Assembly: GCA_963841735.1 (NCBI GenBank)
Contig: CAWJDT010000004.1
Location: 64,001 to 128,000, forward strand
Origin: an uncultured Actinomycetes bacterium
GTDB lineage: Bacteria > Actinomycetota > Thermoleophilia > RBG-16-64-13
DNA length: 64,000 nt
Direction of reading: 5' to 3'
Shown here: positions 24,538 through 33,855 of the stretch, piece by piece
Numbering within the stretch: position 1 is the first letter of the stretch
How the letters are laid out: each line of letters starts with the position of its first letter
Notes under the pieces: model-generated
Seen by the model: only the letters and a program-made list of their open reading frames with translations
What the model was told of the DNA's origin: nothing
Databases searched by the model: none
Program-made: the position numbers and the translations under genes

Positions 24538-25338
24538 ATGGGTGCCGACACTGTTAGGGAAAGCGATCTCGCTGAGACCTGGCGACTATTCAAGGACCAC
24601 AAGGACTCCCGGGCGAGAGACAAGCTCATCTTGGCCTACTCGCCGCTCGTCAAGTACGTCGCTGGGCGGATGAGCAGTGGGCTTCCGGCGCACATAGAAG
24701 AAGAGGACCTAGTGTCCTACGGATTGTTGGGCCTTATCGGGGCGCTGGAACGTTTTGATCTCACTCGGAACATCAAGTTCGAAACGTACGCGGTGACGCG
24801 CATCAAGGGAGCCATCATCGATGAGCTGCGGGCGCTCGACTGGGTGCCGCGTTCTGTCCGCAGCTGGGCTCGCAAGGTGGAGGCCGCGGTGACCCAGCTG
24901 GAGAATCGTCTTACCCGCGCTCCTACCGACGAGGAGACGGCCGAGAAACTGGGCATAAGGGTGGACGAATATCTAAGTATTCTCAATCAGATCAGCTGCG
25001 CGTCGATTGTGGCGTTGGACGAGTTCTGGGACTCATCGGGCCCGGGTCAGGACAAGATCAACCTCATCGACACTATCGAAGATTCGGACGCTCCCGATCC
25101 CTCGCGGGCCTATCGCGTCCAGGTGATCAAGGAGACTCTCGCTGGGGCGATCGAAAGGCTGCCGGAGCGGGAGCGCATAGTCATTGGTCTCTACTACTAT
25201 GAGGGCTTGACCCTGAAGGAAATCGGCGAGGTATTGGGTGTTACCGAGTCAAGGGTCTCGCAACTCCACACCAAAGCCGTCCTGCGCATGCGAGGCCGTA
25301 TCAAAGAGGATTTGGATCTGGAGGCTCTTGCGATTTAG
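24538..25338 (+). CDS. whiG: FliA/WhiG-family (sigma-28) sigma factor
   Basis: YSPLVKYVAGR, KFETYAVTRIKGAIIDELRALDWVPRSVR, LTLKEIGEVLGVTESRVSQLH. Confidence 0.92.
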   Translation: MGADTVRESDLAETWRLFKDHKDSRARDKLILAYSPLVKYVAGRMSSGLPAHIEEEDLVSYGLLGLIGALERFDLTRNIKFETYAVTRIKGAIIDELRALDWVPRSVRSWARKVEAAVTQLENRLTRAPTDEETAEKLGIRVDEYLSILNQISCASIVALDEFWDSSGPGQDKINLIDTIEDSDAPDPSRAYRVQVIKETLAGAIERLPERERIVIGLYYYEGLTLKEIGEVLGVTESRVSQLHTKAVLRMRGRIKEDLDLEALAI

Positions 25339-25426
25339 CCTGGTTGGGGACAGCCCGGCGGGACGGCGTGCGGGTGGGTCTCGGGCGGGGATCTTAGCGG
25401 TCGTTGCAGCGGAAACGGCGCTTTCT

Positions 25427-25546
25427 TGTGGTAAACTCCGGCGGCAACTAAATCTAACCTGAGGCGCACCATGTCGGTGGTGCCGGGTGACCGGTTCCGA
25501 CGCGGCCCTCAGAGGCTCAGTGCAACAAAACCATAGTGAGGTACTC
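25427..25546 (+). promoter_or_regulatory. Extended -10 promoter (TGgTAAACT) and structured rpsB (S2) leader
   Basis: TGTGGTAAACT at 25427-25437; CTGAGG...CCTCAG closing stem in the leader; analogy to known S2 autoregulatory leaders. Confidence 0.55.
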
Positions 25547-26716
25547 ATGCCCGCAGCTTCAATGAAGCAGCTCCTGGAATCAGGAGTCCATTTCGGTCAC
25601 CAGACCCGCCGGTGGAACCCCAAGATGAAGCCCTATATCTTCACGGAACGGGGCGGCATCCACATTATCGACCTTCAGCAGACCACGCTCATGCTTGATC
25701 GTGCGTACGACTTCGTCCGCAACATAGCGAGTAGGGGCGGGAGCGTATTGTTCGTGGGCACCAAGAAGCAGTGCCAAGACGTGATCAGCGAGGAAGCCGG
25801 CCGCGTGGGGATGCCTTACGTGTCTCATCGTTGGCTGGGTGGCTTGCTCACAAACTTCGCAACCATCGACAATCGAATCAAACGCATGCATGAGCTGCGG
25901 AAGCTGAAGGAAGAGGGGCAATTGGGCCTTCTTCCCACTAAAGAGCGCATGGCCATGGAACGGGAACTGGAGAAGCTCGAGATCAATCTGGGCGGGGTCA
26001 GCATCATGACTCGTCTCCCGGACGCCGTGTTCGTGGCGGATCCCAAGCGGGAGGCGATTGCGACCAAAGAGGTCCTCAAGCTCGGATTGCCGCTTATCGG
26101 GTTGTGCGACACGAACTGCGACCCCGACGACATTGAGTACCTGATACCCGGCAATGACGATGCTATCCGGTCTTGCGGCCTGATTGTGAAGACTCTTGCT
26201 CGGGCTGTCGAAGAAGGTCGGGCGAAGATCCAGGTGGCTGATTTCTTGGCCTCCGAAGCCCGTGGAGGCGAGCCGGCCCAGCAGGGCGACGCCGGCGGCG
26301 CGCGGCCGGTACGTGGTGCCCGCCCAGGTGGCGCCCCCGGCGACGATCGGTCGCGCGGAGCTCGTCGGCCAGGCGGCGATGGCCGCTCCGGCCCGGGCGG
26401 GCGTCCGGGTGCTGGGAGCAGCTACGGTAGTGGAGGGAGCCGGACGGCGAGGCCAGAGAGCGGAGCGGCTCGTCCAGCGCCGGCAAGGCGTATGCCGCAA
26501 GCCCCAGCCGGGGCGGCGGGGGTCGTCAAGCCTAAAGCAGAAAAAGTGGCTGAGCCCGAAGCGATTGCGACGGAAGCTGTGACGGACGTGGCAGAAGTTT
26601 TGACCGGCGCCGAGGCGCTGGTGGTCGAAGCTCCGGCGGTTGAGATCACGCCAGGGGTTGCCGAGACCGAGGCGCCGAAGGCAGAGGCCGCAGGCGAGGG
26701 TGACGCGAAAGCGTGA
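25547..26716 (+). CDS. rpsB: 30S ribosomal protein S2 with a long C-terminal extension
   Basis: LLESGVHFGHQTRRWNPKM, FVGTKKQ, RWLGGLLTNF, DTNCDP, PGNDDAIRS. Confidence 0.98.
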   Translation: MPAASMKQLLESGVHFGHQTRRWNPKMKPYIFTERGGIHIIDLQQTTLMLDRAYDFVRNIASRGGSVLFVGTKKQCQDVISEEAGRVGMPYVSHRWLGGLLTNFATIDNRIKRMHELRKLKEEGQLGLLPTKERMAMERELEKLEINLGGVSIMTRLPDAVFVADPKREAIATKEVLKLGLPLIGLCDTNCDPDDIEYLIPGNDDAIRSCGLIVKTLARAVEEGRAKIQVADFLASEARGGEPAQQGDAGGARPVRGARPGGAPGDDRSRGARRPGGDGRSGPGGRPGAGSSYGSGGSRTARPESGAARPAPARRMPQAPAGAAGVVKPKAEKVAEPEAIATEAVTDVAEVLTGAEALVVEAPAVEITPGVAETEAPKAEAAGEGDAKA

Positions 26717-26806
26717 TTTGCCCTTGGGGCTGCGCCGTCGGATGTGCGGCCGAGTGCACTGCTCAGAGTGATTGCAGGTTGAATATTGTCTCGACGGAGG
26801 CTACCG

Positions 26807-27409
26807 ATGATTGTTGATGCTGGTCTGGTAAAGAAGCTGAGAGATGCCTGCGGAGCGGGCATCATGGAGTGCAAGATGGCCCTCGCCGAGGCAGAGGGAG
26901 ACATGGAAGAGGCTATCAAGCTCCTACGGAAGAAGGGGATGGCGAGCGCGGACAAGAAGTCCTCGCGGACAGCGAATGAAGGCATCGTTGACTACTACAT
27001 CCACCCCGGGGCGAAGGTAGGCGTGCTGATTGAGGTCAACTGCGAGACCGACTTCGTGGCGCGCAACGAGGAGTTCAAAGCGTTCGTGCACGACGTGGCG
27101 ATGCACATCGCCGCGGCGAGCCCGGCGTGGGTGTCGCGCGACGATATCCCTGAAGAAACTAAGAACGCGGAGCTTGAGATCTACTCGGCCCAGGCCAAGC
27201 AGTCGGGCAAGCCGGATGCTGTGGTGGCAAAGATCGCCGAGGGCAAACTGGCCAAGTGGTACTCCACGGTGGCCCTCCTTGAGCAGGAGTTCGTGAAGGA
27301 CTCCGAGAAGACCATTGACGGGCTGCGCCGTGAACTCGTGGGCAAGATCGGTGAGAACATCGAGATCAGGCGGTTTGCGCGGTTCCGCGTGGGCGACGAC
27401 GTGGCCTAA
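26807..27409 (+). CDS. tsf: Elongation factor Ts (short form)
   Basis: VKKLRDACGAGIMECK, EVNCETDFVARN, MHIAA, GENIEIRRFARF. Confidence 0.97.
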   Translation: MIVDAGLVKKLRDACGAGIMECKMALAEAEGDMEEAIKLLRKKGMASADKKSSRTANEGIVDYYIHPGAKVGVLIEVNCETDFVARNEEFKAFVHDVAMHIAAASPAWVSRDDIPEETKNAELEIYSAQAKQSGKPDAVVAKIAEGKLAKWYSTVALLEQEFVKDSEKTIDGLRRELVGKIGENIEIRRFARFRVGDDVA

Positions 27410-27481
27410 GGCTACGTTCTTGATCGCGCAAAGGAGTTCGCGGTGTGCTAGTGCCGCGAGGGTGGACTTTAGCGAGGCGGG

Positions 27482-28207
27482 GTGATCCAGCAGGTGATCT
27501 ACAGAAGGGTTCTACTGAAGCTAAGTGGCGAAGCCCTTATGGGGAGCTTGACGTATGGGATCGACCCTGAGCGGCTGCGCCTGGTTGCTGAGGAGATCGG
27601 GCGTGTGGTGGCCGGCGGCACGGAGATGGCCATCGTGACCGGGGCTGGGAATATATTCCGGGGGGTGGCTGGTGCTTCCCAGGGCATCGACCGGGCCACC
27701 GCTGACTACATGGGCATGCTGGCTACCGTTATGAACTCCATGGCTTTGCAGGATGCGCTGCGAAGGCTTGCGGTGGATTCGCGGGTCTTGTCGGCGATTC
27801 ATATGCAGGAGGTTTGCGAGCCGTACATCCAGGGGCGAGCCATGCGGCATCTGGAGAAGGGCAGAGTGGTAATCTTCGCGGCCGGAACGGGCAATCCGTT
27901 CTTCACCACCGACACGGCTGCTGCTCTTCGGGCGCTGGAGATCGGGGCTGAATGCTTACTGATGGCCAAGAAGAAGTATGACGGCGTCTATGATGACGAC
28001 CCGGAGACCAATCCGGAGGCGAAGCTGATAGAGCACATCACGCACCGGGAGGCGCTGGAACGGGGCCTGCGCGTCATGGATTCGACGGCACTGTCCCTTT
28101 GTATGGACAATGATATGCCCATAGTGGTTTTCAACATGAGCGTACCCGAGAACATCGGGCGCGTGCTTCGGGGCGAGCGCATCGGCACGAGAGTCACGGT
28201 CGGCTAA
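27482..28207 (+). CDS. pyrH: UMP kinase
   Basis: [45 protein letters not shown]. Confidence 0.98.
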   Translation: MIQQVIYRRVLLKLSGEALMGSLTYGIDPERLRLVAEEIGRVVAGGTEMAIVTGAGNIFRGVAGASQGIDRATADYMGMLATVMNSMALQDALRRLAVDSRVLSAIHMQEVCEPYIQGRAMRHLEKGRVVIFAAGTGNPFFTTDTAAALRALEIGAECLLMAKKKYDGVYDDDPETNPEAKLIEHITHREALERGLRVMDSTALSLCMDNDMPIVVFNMSVPENIGRVLRGERIGTRVTVG

Positions 28208-28225
28208 AGACCAGAGGGAGGCGGT

Positions 28226-28783
28226 ATGATCCGCGAGTTGGTCGCAGACGGCAAACGACGCATGGAGGGGGCGATAGAGGCCCTGCGCGGCGAGCTCAGC
28301 TCAGTGCGCACCGGACGGGCCTCGACTGGGCTGCTCGATCGGCTCCATGTTGAGTACTATGGGGCGAAGACCCCGCTTAAACAAGTGGCAAGTCTGGCGA
28401 CACCGGACCCCAGGAGTATTTCCATCACCGTTTACGACAAAGCAGCCGTCAACTCGGTGGTGCGGGCCATCCAGGAGTCAGACCTAGGTTTGACTCCGAA
28501 CACCGATGGCGCGGTCATCCGTCTCAGCATTCCCGCGCTGACCGCTGACCGGCGCAAGGACTTGGTGAAGATGGTTAAGAACATGGCCGAAGAGAGTCGG
28601 GTGGCCATCCGGAACGTGCGTAGAGACATCATCCAAGACCTCAAGGACCTCAAGAAAGAGGGTGAGATCTCGGAGGACGAGGAGCACCGAGCCGAGGAAG
28701 AGGTCCAGAAGTTGACGGACGGCTTCATCGAGAAGATCAACGACGTACTCCACCACAAGGAAGAAGAGATCCTCGAGATCTGA
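28226..28783 (+). CDS. frr: Ribosome recycling factor
   Basis: VRTGRAS, SDLGLTP, IPALTADRRK, RVAIRNVRRD. Confidence 0.98.
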   Translation: MIRELVADGKRRMEGAIEALRGELSSVRTGRASTGLLDRLHVEYYGAKTPLKQVASLATPDPRSISITVYDKAAVNSVVRAIQESDLGLTPNTDGAVIRLSIPALTADRRKDLVKMVKNMAEESRVAIRNVRRDIIQDLKDLKKEGEISEDEEHRAEEEVQKLTDGFIEKINDVLHHKEEEILEI

Positions 28784-28784
28784 C

Positions 28785-29570
28785 GTGGGATTACTCGGGT
28801 CGCTCAACGCTTTCTGGCGCCAAAGAGGGGACGACACTTCCGACCGGATCAAGACCGAGCCAGGGAGAGCGCTTCCTTTCCACGTAGCCATCATCATGGA
28901 CGGCAACGGCCGCTGGGCTCGTCGGCGCGGTCTGCCTGTTAATGCGGGTCACAGGGCCGGCATCAAAGCTGTGCGTAGCGTCATCGAAGCCGCACGCGAC
29001 GCGGGCATCGGCCAGCTGACTCTCTACTCTTTCTCGACCGAGAACTGGAGCCGTCCGACCGAAGAGGTGGAGGGGCTCATGAACCTCCACGCGGAGATGA
29101 TCGAAGCGGAGGTGCCTACTCTCCATAAGAACGACTGCAGGGTGCTGTTCGTGGGAAGACGGGAAGGTCTGAGTTCCTCCTTGCTTGAGAAGATGCAATG
29201 GGCGGAGACCCTGACGGCTGGTAACAAGCGCATGATTCTCTACATCGCCTTCAACTACGGCGGACGTCTTGAGATCGTGGATGCCGTGCGCGGCGCCTTG
29301 GAGGGTGGGATTGAACCGGCGGCCCTTACCGAAGCCGACATCGCAGCTCACCTTTATTCTCCGCTGATGCGCGACGTCGACTTGTGTATCCGCACATCGG
29401 GCGAGAGACGGCTGTCGAACTTCCTGCTCTGGGAATCGGCGTACGCCGAGCTGCTCTTTGTGGACACACTCTGGCCCGACTTCGGCAAGCAAGAGTTTGA
29501 CCAAGCCCTGGCGGACTACGCGCATCGCGACCGCCGCTTTGGCCGCCGGAGCGCGGAACGGCATGCTTAA
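28785..29570 (+). CDS. uppS: Polyprenyl diphosphate synthase
   Basis: HVAIIMDGNGRWA, FSTENWSRP, NYGGR, IRTSGERRLSNFLLW. Confidence 0.97.
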   Translation: MGLLGSLNAFWRQRGDDTSDRIKTEPGRALPFHVAIIMDGNGRWARRRGLPVNAGHRAGIKAVRSVIEAARDAGIGQLTLYSFSTENWSRPTEEVEGLMNLHAEMIEAEVPTLHKNDCRVLFVGRREGLSSSLLEKMQWAETLTAGNKRMILYIAFNYGGRLEIVDAVRGALEGGIEPAALTEADIAAHLYSPLMRDVDLCIRTSGERRLSNFLLWESAYAELLFVDTLWPDFGKQEFDQALADYAHRDRRFGRRSAERHA

Positions 29571-30363
29571 AAGCCGTCTGCTGGTAGCCGTCATCGGGCT
29601 TCCGGTGGGATTGGCGGCCATCATACTAGGCGGCTACTTCTTGCTCGGTCTTGCCCTTGTGTTGACGGTCCTCGGCCTTCACGAGTACTACACGCTGCTG
29701 CGGCCCTATCGGCCGAACCTTCTGGTGGGATATGTGGCGGGCGTGTGTGTAGTGGTTTGCTCGTACTTTCTTGGCGCCGAGGGCATTCTTATCGGGCTGT
29801 TGGCCCTAATGGTGCTCACATTCTTCTGGTCGCTTGTGGGGAAGTTGGGCGCGCATTTTGTCGGCAGGATGGCCATGACCGCTCTGGGAGTGGTGTGGAT
29901 AGCGGTTGGGTTCGCCTACATCGTACTGGTCCGAGAGTTCAAGCATGGTCTTGCTCTGGCCATCCTGGTGGTCGCCTGCACCGTCATGGCCGACACGTTC
30001 GCCTACTTCGTGGGGCGGGCGATGGGCCGGCATCCCATGGCACCCAGCATCTCGCCCAAGAAGTCCGTCGAGGGTGCGATCGGTGGGCTGGCAGGGTCTG
30101 TGATCGCAGCTCTGATAGTCCGGATATATTCTCCCGACTGGCTGCCGACGCGCGACGCCGTGGTGCTCGGCCTCGTCGTGGGCATCGTGGGGCAATGGGG
30201 CGATCTGTTCGAGTCGGCCATCAAACGGGACTTCAGGGTGAAAGACTCAGGGACCATTCTGCCCGGTCACGGCGGCATTCTGGACCGCTTTGATTCGATC
30301 CTCTTCGCGGGGTTGGCCGCGTACTGGCTTGCGATAGTTCTTCTCGGAGACGTGGTGCGATGA
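29563..30363 (+). CDS. cdsA: Phosphatidate cytidylyltransferase
   Basis: DTFAYFVG, ISPKKSVEG, GDLFESAIKR..VKDSG.ILPGHGGILDRFDS. Confidence 0.97.
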   Translation: MLKSRLLVAVIGLPVGLAAIILGGYFLLGLALVLTVLGLHEYYTLLRPYRPNLLVGYVAGVCVVVCSYFLGAEGILIGLLALMVLTFFWSLVGKLGAHFVGRMAMTALGVVWIAVGFAYIVLVREFKHGLALAILVVACTVMADTFAYFVGRAMGRHPMAPSISPKKSVEGAIGGLAGSVIAALIVRIYSPDWLPTRDAVVLGLVVGIVGQWGDLFESAIKRDFRVKDSGTILPGHGGILDRFDSILFAGLAAYWLAIVLLGDVVR

Positions 30364-31511
30364 AGCGAGTGATCGTCTTGGGATCTACCGGTTCCATCGG
30401 GGTGCAGGCTCTCAAAGTCATCTCCGCGAGCAGCGACATGTGCGTAGTCGGTCTCTCCTGCGACCGGAACGTAGGCCTGCTGCTTGAGCAGGCCATCTAC
30501 CTTGGTGTGGCCGCAGTGGCCATAGCCGATGAGCAGGCTGCTGCTTCGGTGCCAACGGCGCTCTATCCCGAGCTGCAGGTGAGAACGGGTGCCGGAGGAG
30601 CCGCCCGATTGGTCCGTGAGGTCGAAGCCGATCTGGTTTTGAACGCTATTGTGGGATTCGCGGGATTGGAGTCGACCCTGGCCGCCCTTGAGTGCGGCCG
30701 ACAGCTTGCCTTGGCCAACAAGGAGAGCCTGGTTTGCGCGGGGGTGATGGTCACCGAGTCTGCTGCTCGCCATGGCCTGGAGATCCTGCCCGTGGACTCC
30801 GAACACAGTGCTTTGTACCAGTTGGTGGCGGCGGCGGGCATCGGAGCGGTCGAGTCGCTCGTCATCACGGGGTCGGGGGGGCCGTTTCGAGGGCTGAGCG
30901 GGGCGGATCTTGCAGGGGTGACACGCGAGCAGGCCCTGGCGCATCCGACCTGGAACATGGGCGAGAAGATATCCATCGACTCGGCCACTCTGATGAACAA
31001 AGGCCTGGAGGTGATCGAAGCGCATCACCTGTTCGGGCTTGCCTATGATCGTATCGAGGTGGTCATCCACCCGCAGTCCATAGTCCATGCGCTCGTCCGG
31101 ATGGTGGATGGCGCTCTGCTCGCCCATATGGGCATGCCCGATATGCGTGTGCCCATCGCTTACGCTCTTCATCACCCGCGCCGCCTGCCTGTTGCCATGC
31201 CGCCGGTGGACCTGACCGCCGGGCTGTCGCTGGATTTCGCGGCCCCCGACGAAGAGACTTTCCCGGCGATCGGGCTTGCCCGGGAGGCCGGGGCGCGGGG
31301 GGACGCGGTCGCCTGCGCACTGAACGCAGCCAACGAAGTGGCCGTGCGCGCATTCTTGTGCGGCGGTCTACAATTCTCGGGGATCACCGCGGTTGTGGAA
31401 GAGGTCAGCGAGCACTGTGACGGAGGCTCTTTCGGAACGTACGACGAGGTGGCGGCCGTCGACACCTGGGCGCGGCACAAGGCGACGGAAGTCTGCGCGC
31501 GGCGCTTTTGA
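30360..31511 (+). CDS. dxr: 1-deoxy-D-xylulose 5-phosphate reductoisomerase
   Basis: LGSTGSIG, ALANKESLV, PVDSEH, HPTWNMG.KISIDSATLMNKGLE, NAANEVAV. Confidence 0.98.
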   Translation: MKRVIVLGSTGSIGVQALKVISASSDMCVVGLSCDRNVGLLLEQAIYLGVAAVAIADEQAAASVPTALYPELQVRTGAGGAARLVREVEADLVLNAIVGFAGLESTLAALECGRQLALANKESLVCAGVMVTESAARHGLEILPVDSEHSALYQLVAAAGIGAVESLVITGSGGPFRGLSGADLAGVTREQALAHPTWNMGEKISIDSATLMNKGLEVIEAHHLFGLAYDRIEVVIHPQSIVHALVRMVDGALLAHMGMPDMRVPIAYALHHPRRLPVAMPPVDLTAGLSLDFAAPDEETFPAIGLAREAGARGDAVACALNAANEVAVRAFLCGGLQFSGITAVVEEVSEHCDGGSFGTYDEVAAVDTWARHKATEVCARRF

Positions 31512-31539
31512 CTGAGCAAGAGATCGGAGGATAGTCCTG

Positions 31540-32721
31540 GTGTCTACCTTCTTAGGAGTCATCGTCGGCATCATCGGCCTGGGATTCTTGATCCTGGTCC
31601 ATGAGTTCGGCCATTTCATCGTCGCAAAAGCTACAGGCGTGAGGGTGGAGGAATTCAGTTTGGGCTTCGGCCCGTACATCTTCAGCCGCCGGCGGGGCGA
31701 GACCATCTACGGCATCTCGGCTATCCCGTTGGGTGGTTACGTCCGCGTTACCGGCATGCACAAGGAAGAGTTCGAGCAGAGGATTGCTGAGGCGAGCGAT
31801 GAGGAGGCGGGGCGGAGCCCGGAAGGCAAGGAGCGGCGACCTCAGGATCCCGAGGATAGGCTGGCGGGGAAACGGGCTCTGAGCGCACAGGAGATCGCAG
31901 CCACGCCGCTGCACCGTCGCTATTACTCGCATCCCCTTTGGCACAAGTTGTTGTTTGTAGTCGCGGGCGTGTTGATGAATGTGATCGTGGCTTTCGGGCT
32001 TTTGTACGTTGTGGGGGTGACGCAGGGCGACAACTGGATGAACACGGTCATCGAAGATGTGAGTGTCGGGTCGGGGGCCGCGGCGGCCGGTATCCAACCG
32101 GGAGACCGCATAGTCAGTATCGCCGGCCACGAGATTTCCAGGTGGGATCAACTGAAGTGGGAGGTCCTGAAGCACAAGAACGAGACGGTCGCAGTGCAGG
32201 TGGACCGGGGAGGCCAGATACTTGACCTGAGGGCGGCGATCGCTCAGGATGAGGATAAGCTGGCGGTGCTGGGAGTGTCGCCGACGGGAGAGGTGGAGCA
32301 TCGGGACATCGGTTTGAGCGCCGGTTTCGCGTACGCGGGCAGGGAGACGGCAAGCACGGTGGTGACGATCTTCCAGGGCATAGGCATGATGTTCTCGCGG
32401 GATGTGCCGGCCACCGGTCCGCAAGGTCTTGCCGGTCCGGTTGGGATAATCCAACTGTCCGCCGACGTCGTCCAGGGCGGATACGCGCCCTACCTTTGGT
32501 TCTTGGCGCTCATCAGTATCAACCTGGCCCTGGTCAACATGCTGCCTCTGCTACCGCTCGACGGAGGCCATTTCGTTCTTAGCATCGTTGATAGAGTGCG
32601 GGGGCGCACCACTTCACTGCGGGTCTTCGAACGAATCTCCATGGTTGGCCTCGCTCTGTTCGCGCTGCTCTTCCTAGTGGCCATGTACAACGACGTCGGC
32701 CGCATCTTCACGGGGTTCTAG
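31540..32721 (+). CDS. rseP: Site-2 (M50) intramembrane metalloprotease with PDZ domain
   Basis: HEFGH, AIPLGGYV, PDZ GIQPGDRI, NMLPLLPLDGG. Confidence 0.95.
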   Translation: MSTFLGVIVGIIGLGFLILVHEFGHFIVAKATGVRVEEFSLGFGPYIFSRRRGETIYGISAIPLGGYVRVTGMHKEEFEQRIAEASDEEAGRSPEGKERRPQDPEDRLAGKRALSAQEIAATPLHRRYYSHPLWHKLLFVVAGVLMNVIVAFGLLYVVGVTQGDNWMNTVIEDVSVGSGAAAAGIQPGDRIVSIAGHEISRWDQLKWEVLKHKNETVAVQVDRGGQILDLRAAIAQDEDKLAVLGVSPTGEVEHRDIGLSAGFAYAGRETASTVVTIFQGIGMMFSRDVPATGPQGLAGPVGIIQLSADVVQGGYAPYLWFLALISINLALVNMLPLLPLDGGHFVLSIVDRVRGRTTSLRVFERISMVGLALFALLFLVAMYNDVGRIFTGF

Positions 32722-32729
32722 GGGAGCGT

Positions 32730-33788
32730 ATGAGTAGCCGGCTTCAGGTAATGGTGGGCGGGGTGCCGGTGGGTGGTGGCGCTTCGGTGGTGGTGCAGTC
32801 GATGACCAACACCCGCACCGACGATATCGAAGCCACTGTGGGCCAGATCCGAGCTTTGGCGACGGCGGGGGCTCAGCTGGTCAGATTAGCCGTGCCCGAC
32901 CAGGAAGCGGCACAGGCGATGGGGACCTTGGTGGCCGAATCGCCGGTGCCCCTTATCGCCGACGTGCATTTCGACCACTCGCTGGCCGTAGCCGCTCTGC
33001 GGGCCGGGGCGGCCGGGGTCAGGATCAATCCTGGCAACATCGGGGGACCGGAGGCGGTGCGCGAGGTAGTGGAGGCTGCGACCGAGCGCGGGGCGGTGAT
33101 CCGGGTGGGTGTCAACAGCGGCTCCCTCCAGCGAGATCTCCGGGCGATGGAGGAACGCGATCCGGCCGCCGCGCTGGTGGAGTCGGCAGTGCGGAGCTGC
33201 GCCCTTCTCGAGGAGCTCGGCTTTGAGCATATAAAGGTGTCGGCCAAGTCGTCGTCGCCGCTGGTGACCATCGCCGCCAACCGGATCCTGGCAAAACGCC
33301 TTGACTATCCCCTGCATCTGGGTGTCACTGAGGCCGGCACTCGCTGGGCGGGCTCGATTCGAAGCGCCGTCGCTCTTGGCGCTCTTCTGGCTGAGGGGAT
33401 AGGTGACACCATCCGGGTGTCGCTCACGGGCGATCCGGTGGAGGAAGTGCGGGTAGCGCAAGAGATCTTGCGCACTCTCGAGCTTATGCCTCGGGGGCCA
33501 CATGTGGTGTCGTGCCCTACATGCGGGCGGACTCGCATCGACCTAGAGCCGCTGGCCCTGGAAGTGGAGCGGCGACTGGCCGAGTCGAGGCTAGACCTAG
33601 AGGTGGCCGTCATGGGCTGTGTGGTCAACGGCCCTGGGGAGGCGCGGAAGGCCGACTTCGGCATAGCCGGCGGAGACGGCGAAGGGGTAGTTTTCGCGCA
33701 AGGCCGGCCGGTCCGCAAAGTCGCGGAGGCCGATCTGGTGGATGCGCTTTTCGAGGAGATCACCCGTTCTATTGGTGGGGCCTGCTAG
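32730..33788 (+). CDS. ispG: HMBPP synthase
   Basis: VQSMTNT, IADVHF, RINPGNIG, PLHLGVTEAG, GIGDTIRVSL, SCPTCGR, MGCVVNGPGE. Confidence 0.98.
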   Translation: MSSRLQVMVGGVPVGGGASVVVQSMTNTRTDDIEATVGQIRALATAGAQLVRLAVPDQEAAQAMGTLVAESPVPLIADVHFDHSLAVAALRAGAAGVRINPGNIGGPEAVREVVEAATERGAVIRVGVNSGSLQRDLRAMEERDPAAALVESAVRSCALLEELGFEHIKVSAKSSSPLVTIAANRILAKRLDYPLHLGVTEAGTRWAGSIRSAVALGALLAEGIGDTIRVSLTGDPVEEVRVAQEILRTLELMPRGPHVVSCPTCGRTRIDLEPLALEVERRLAESRLDLEVAVMGCVVNGPGEARKADFGIAGGDGEGVVFAQGRPVRKVAEADLVDALFEEITRSIGGAC

Positions 33789-33855
33789 ACTGCTAATCTA
33801 GTCTTTGGCCGAGCGCCGCGCGCCGGTTTTCACAAGCTTGTTCAAGGAGGATCCG

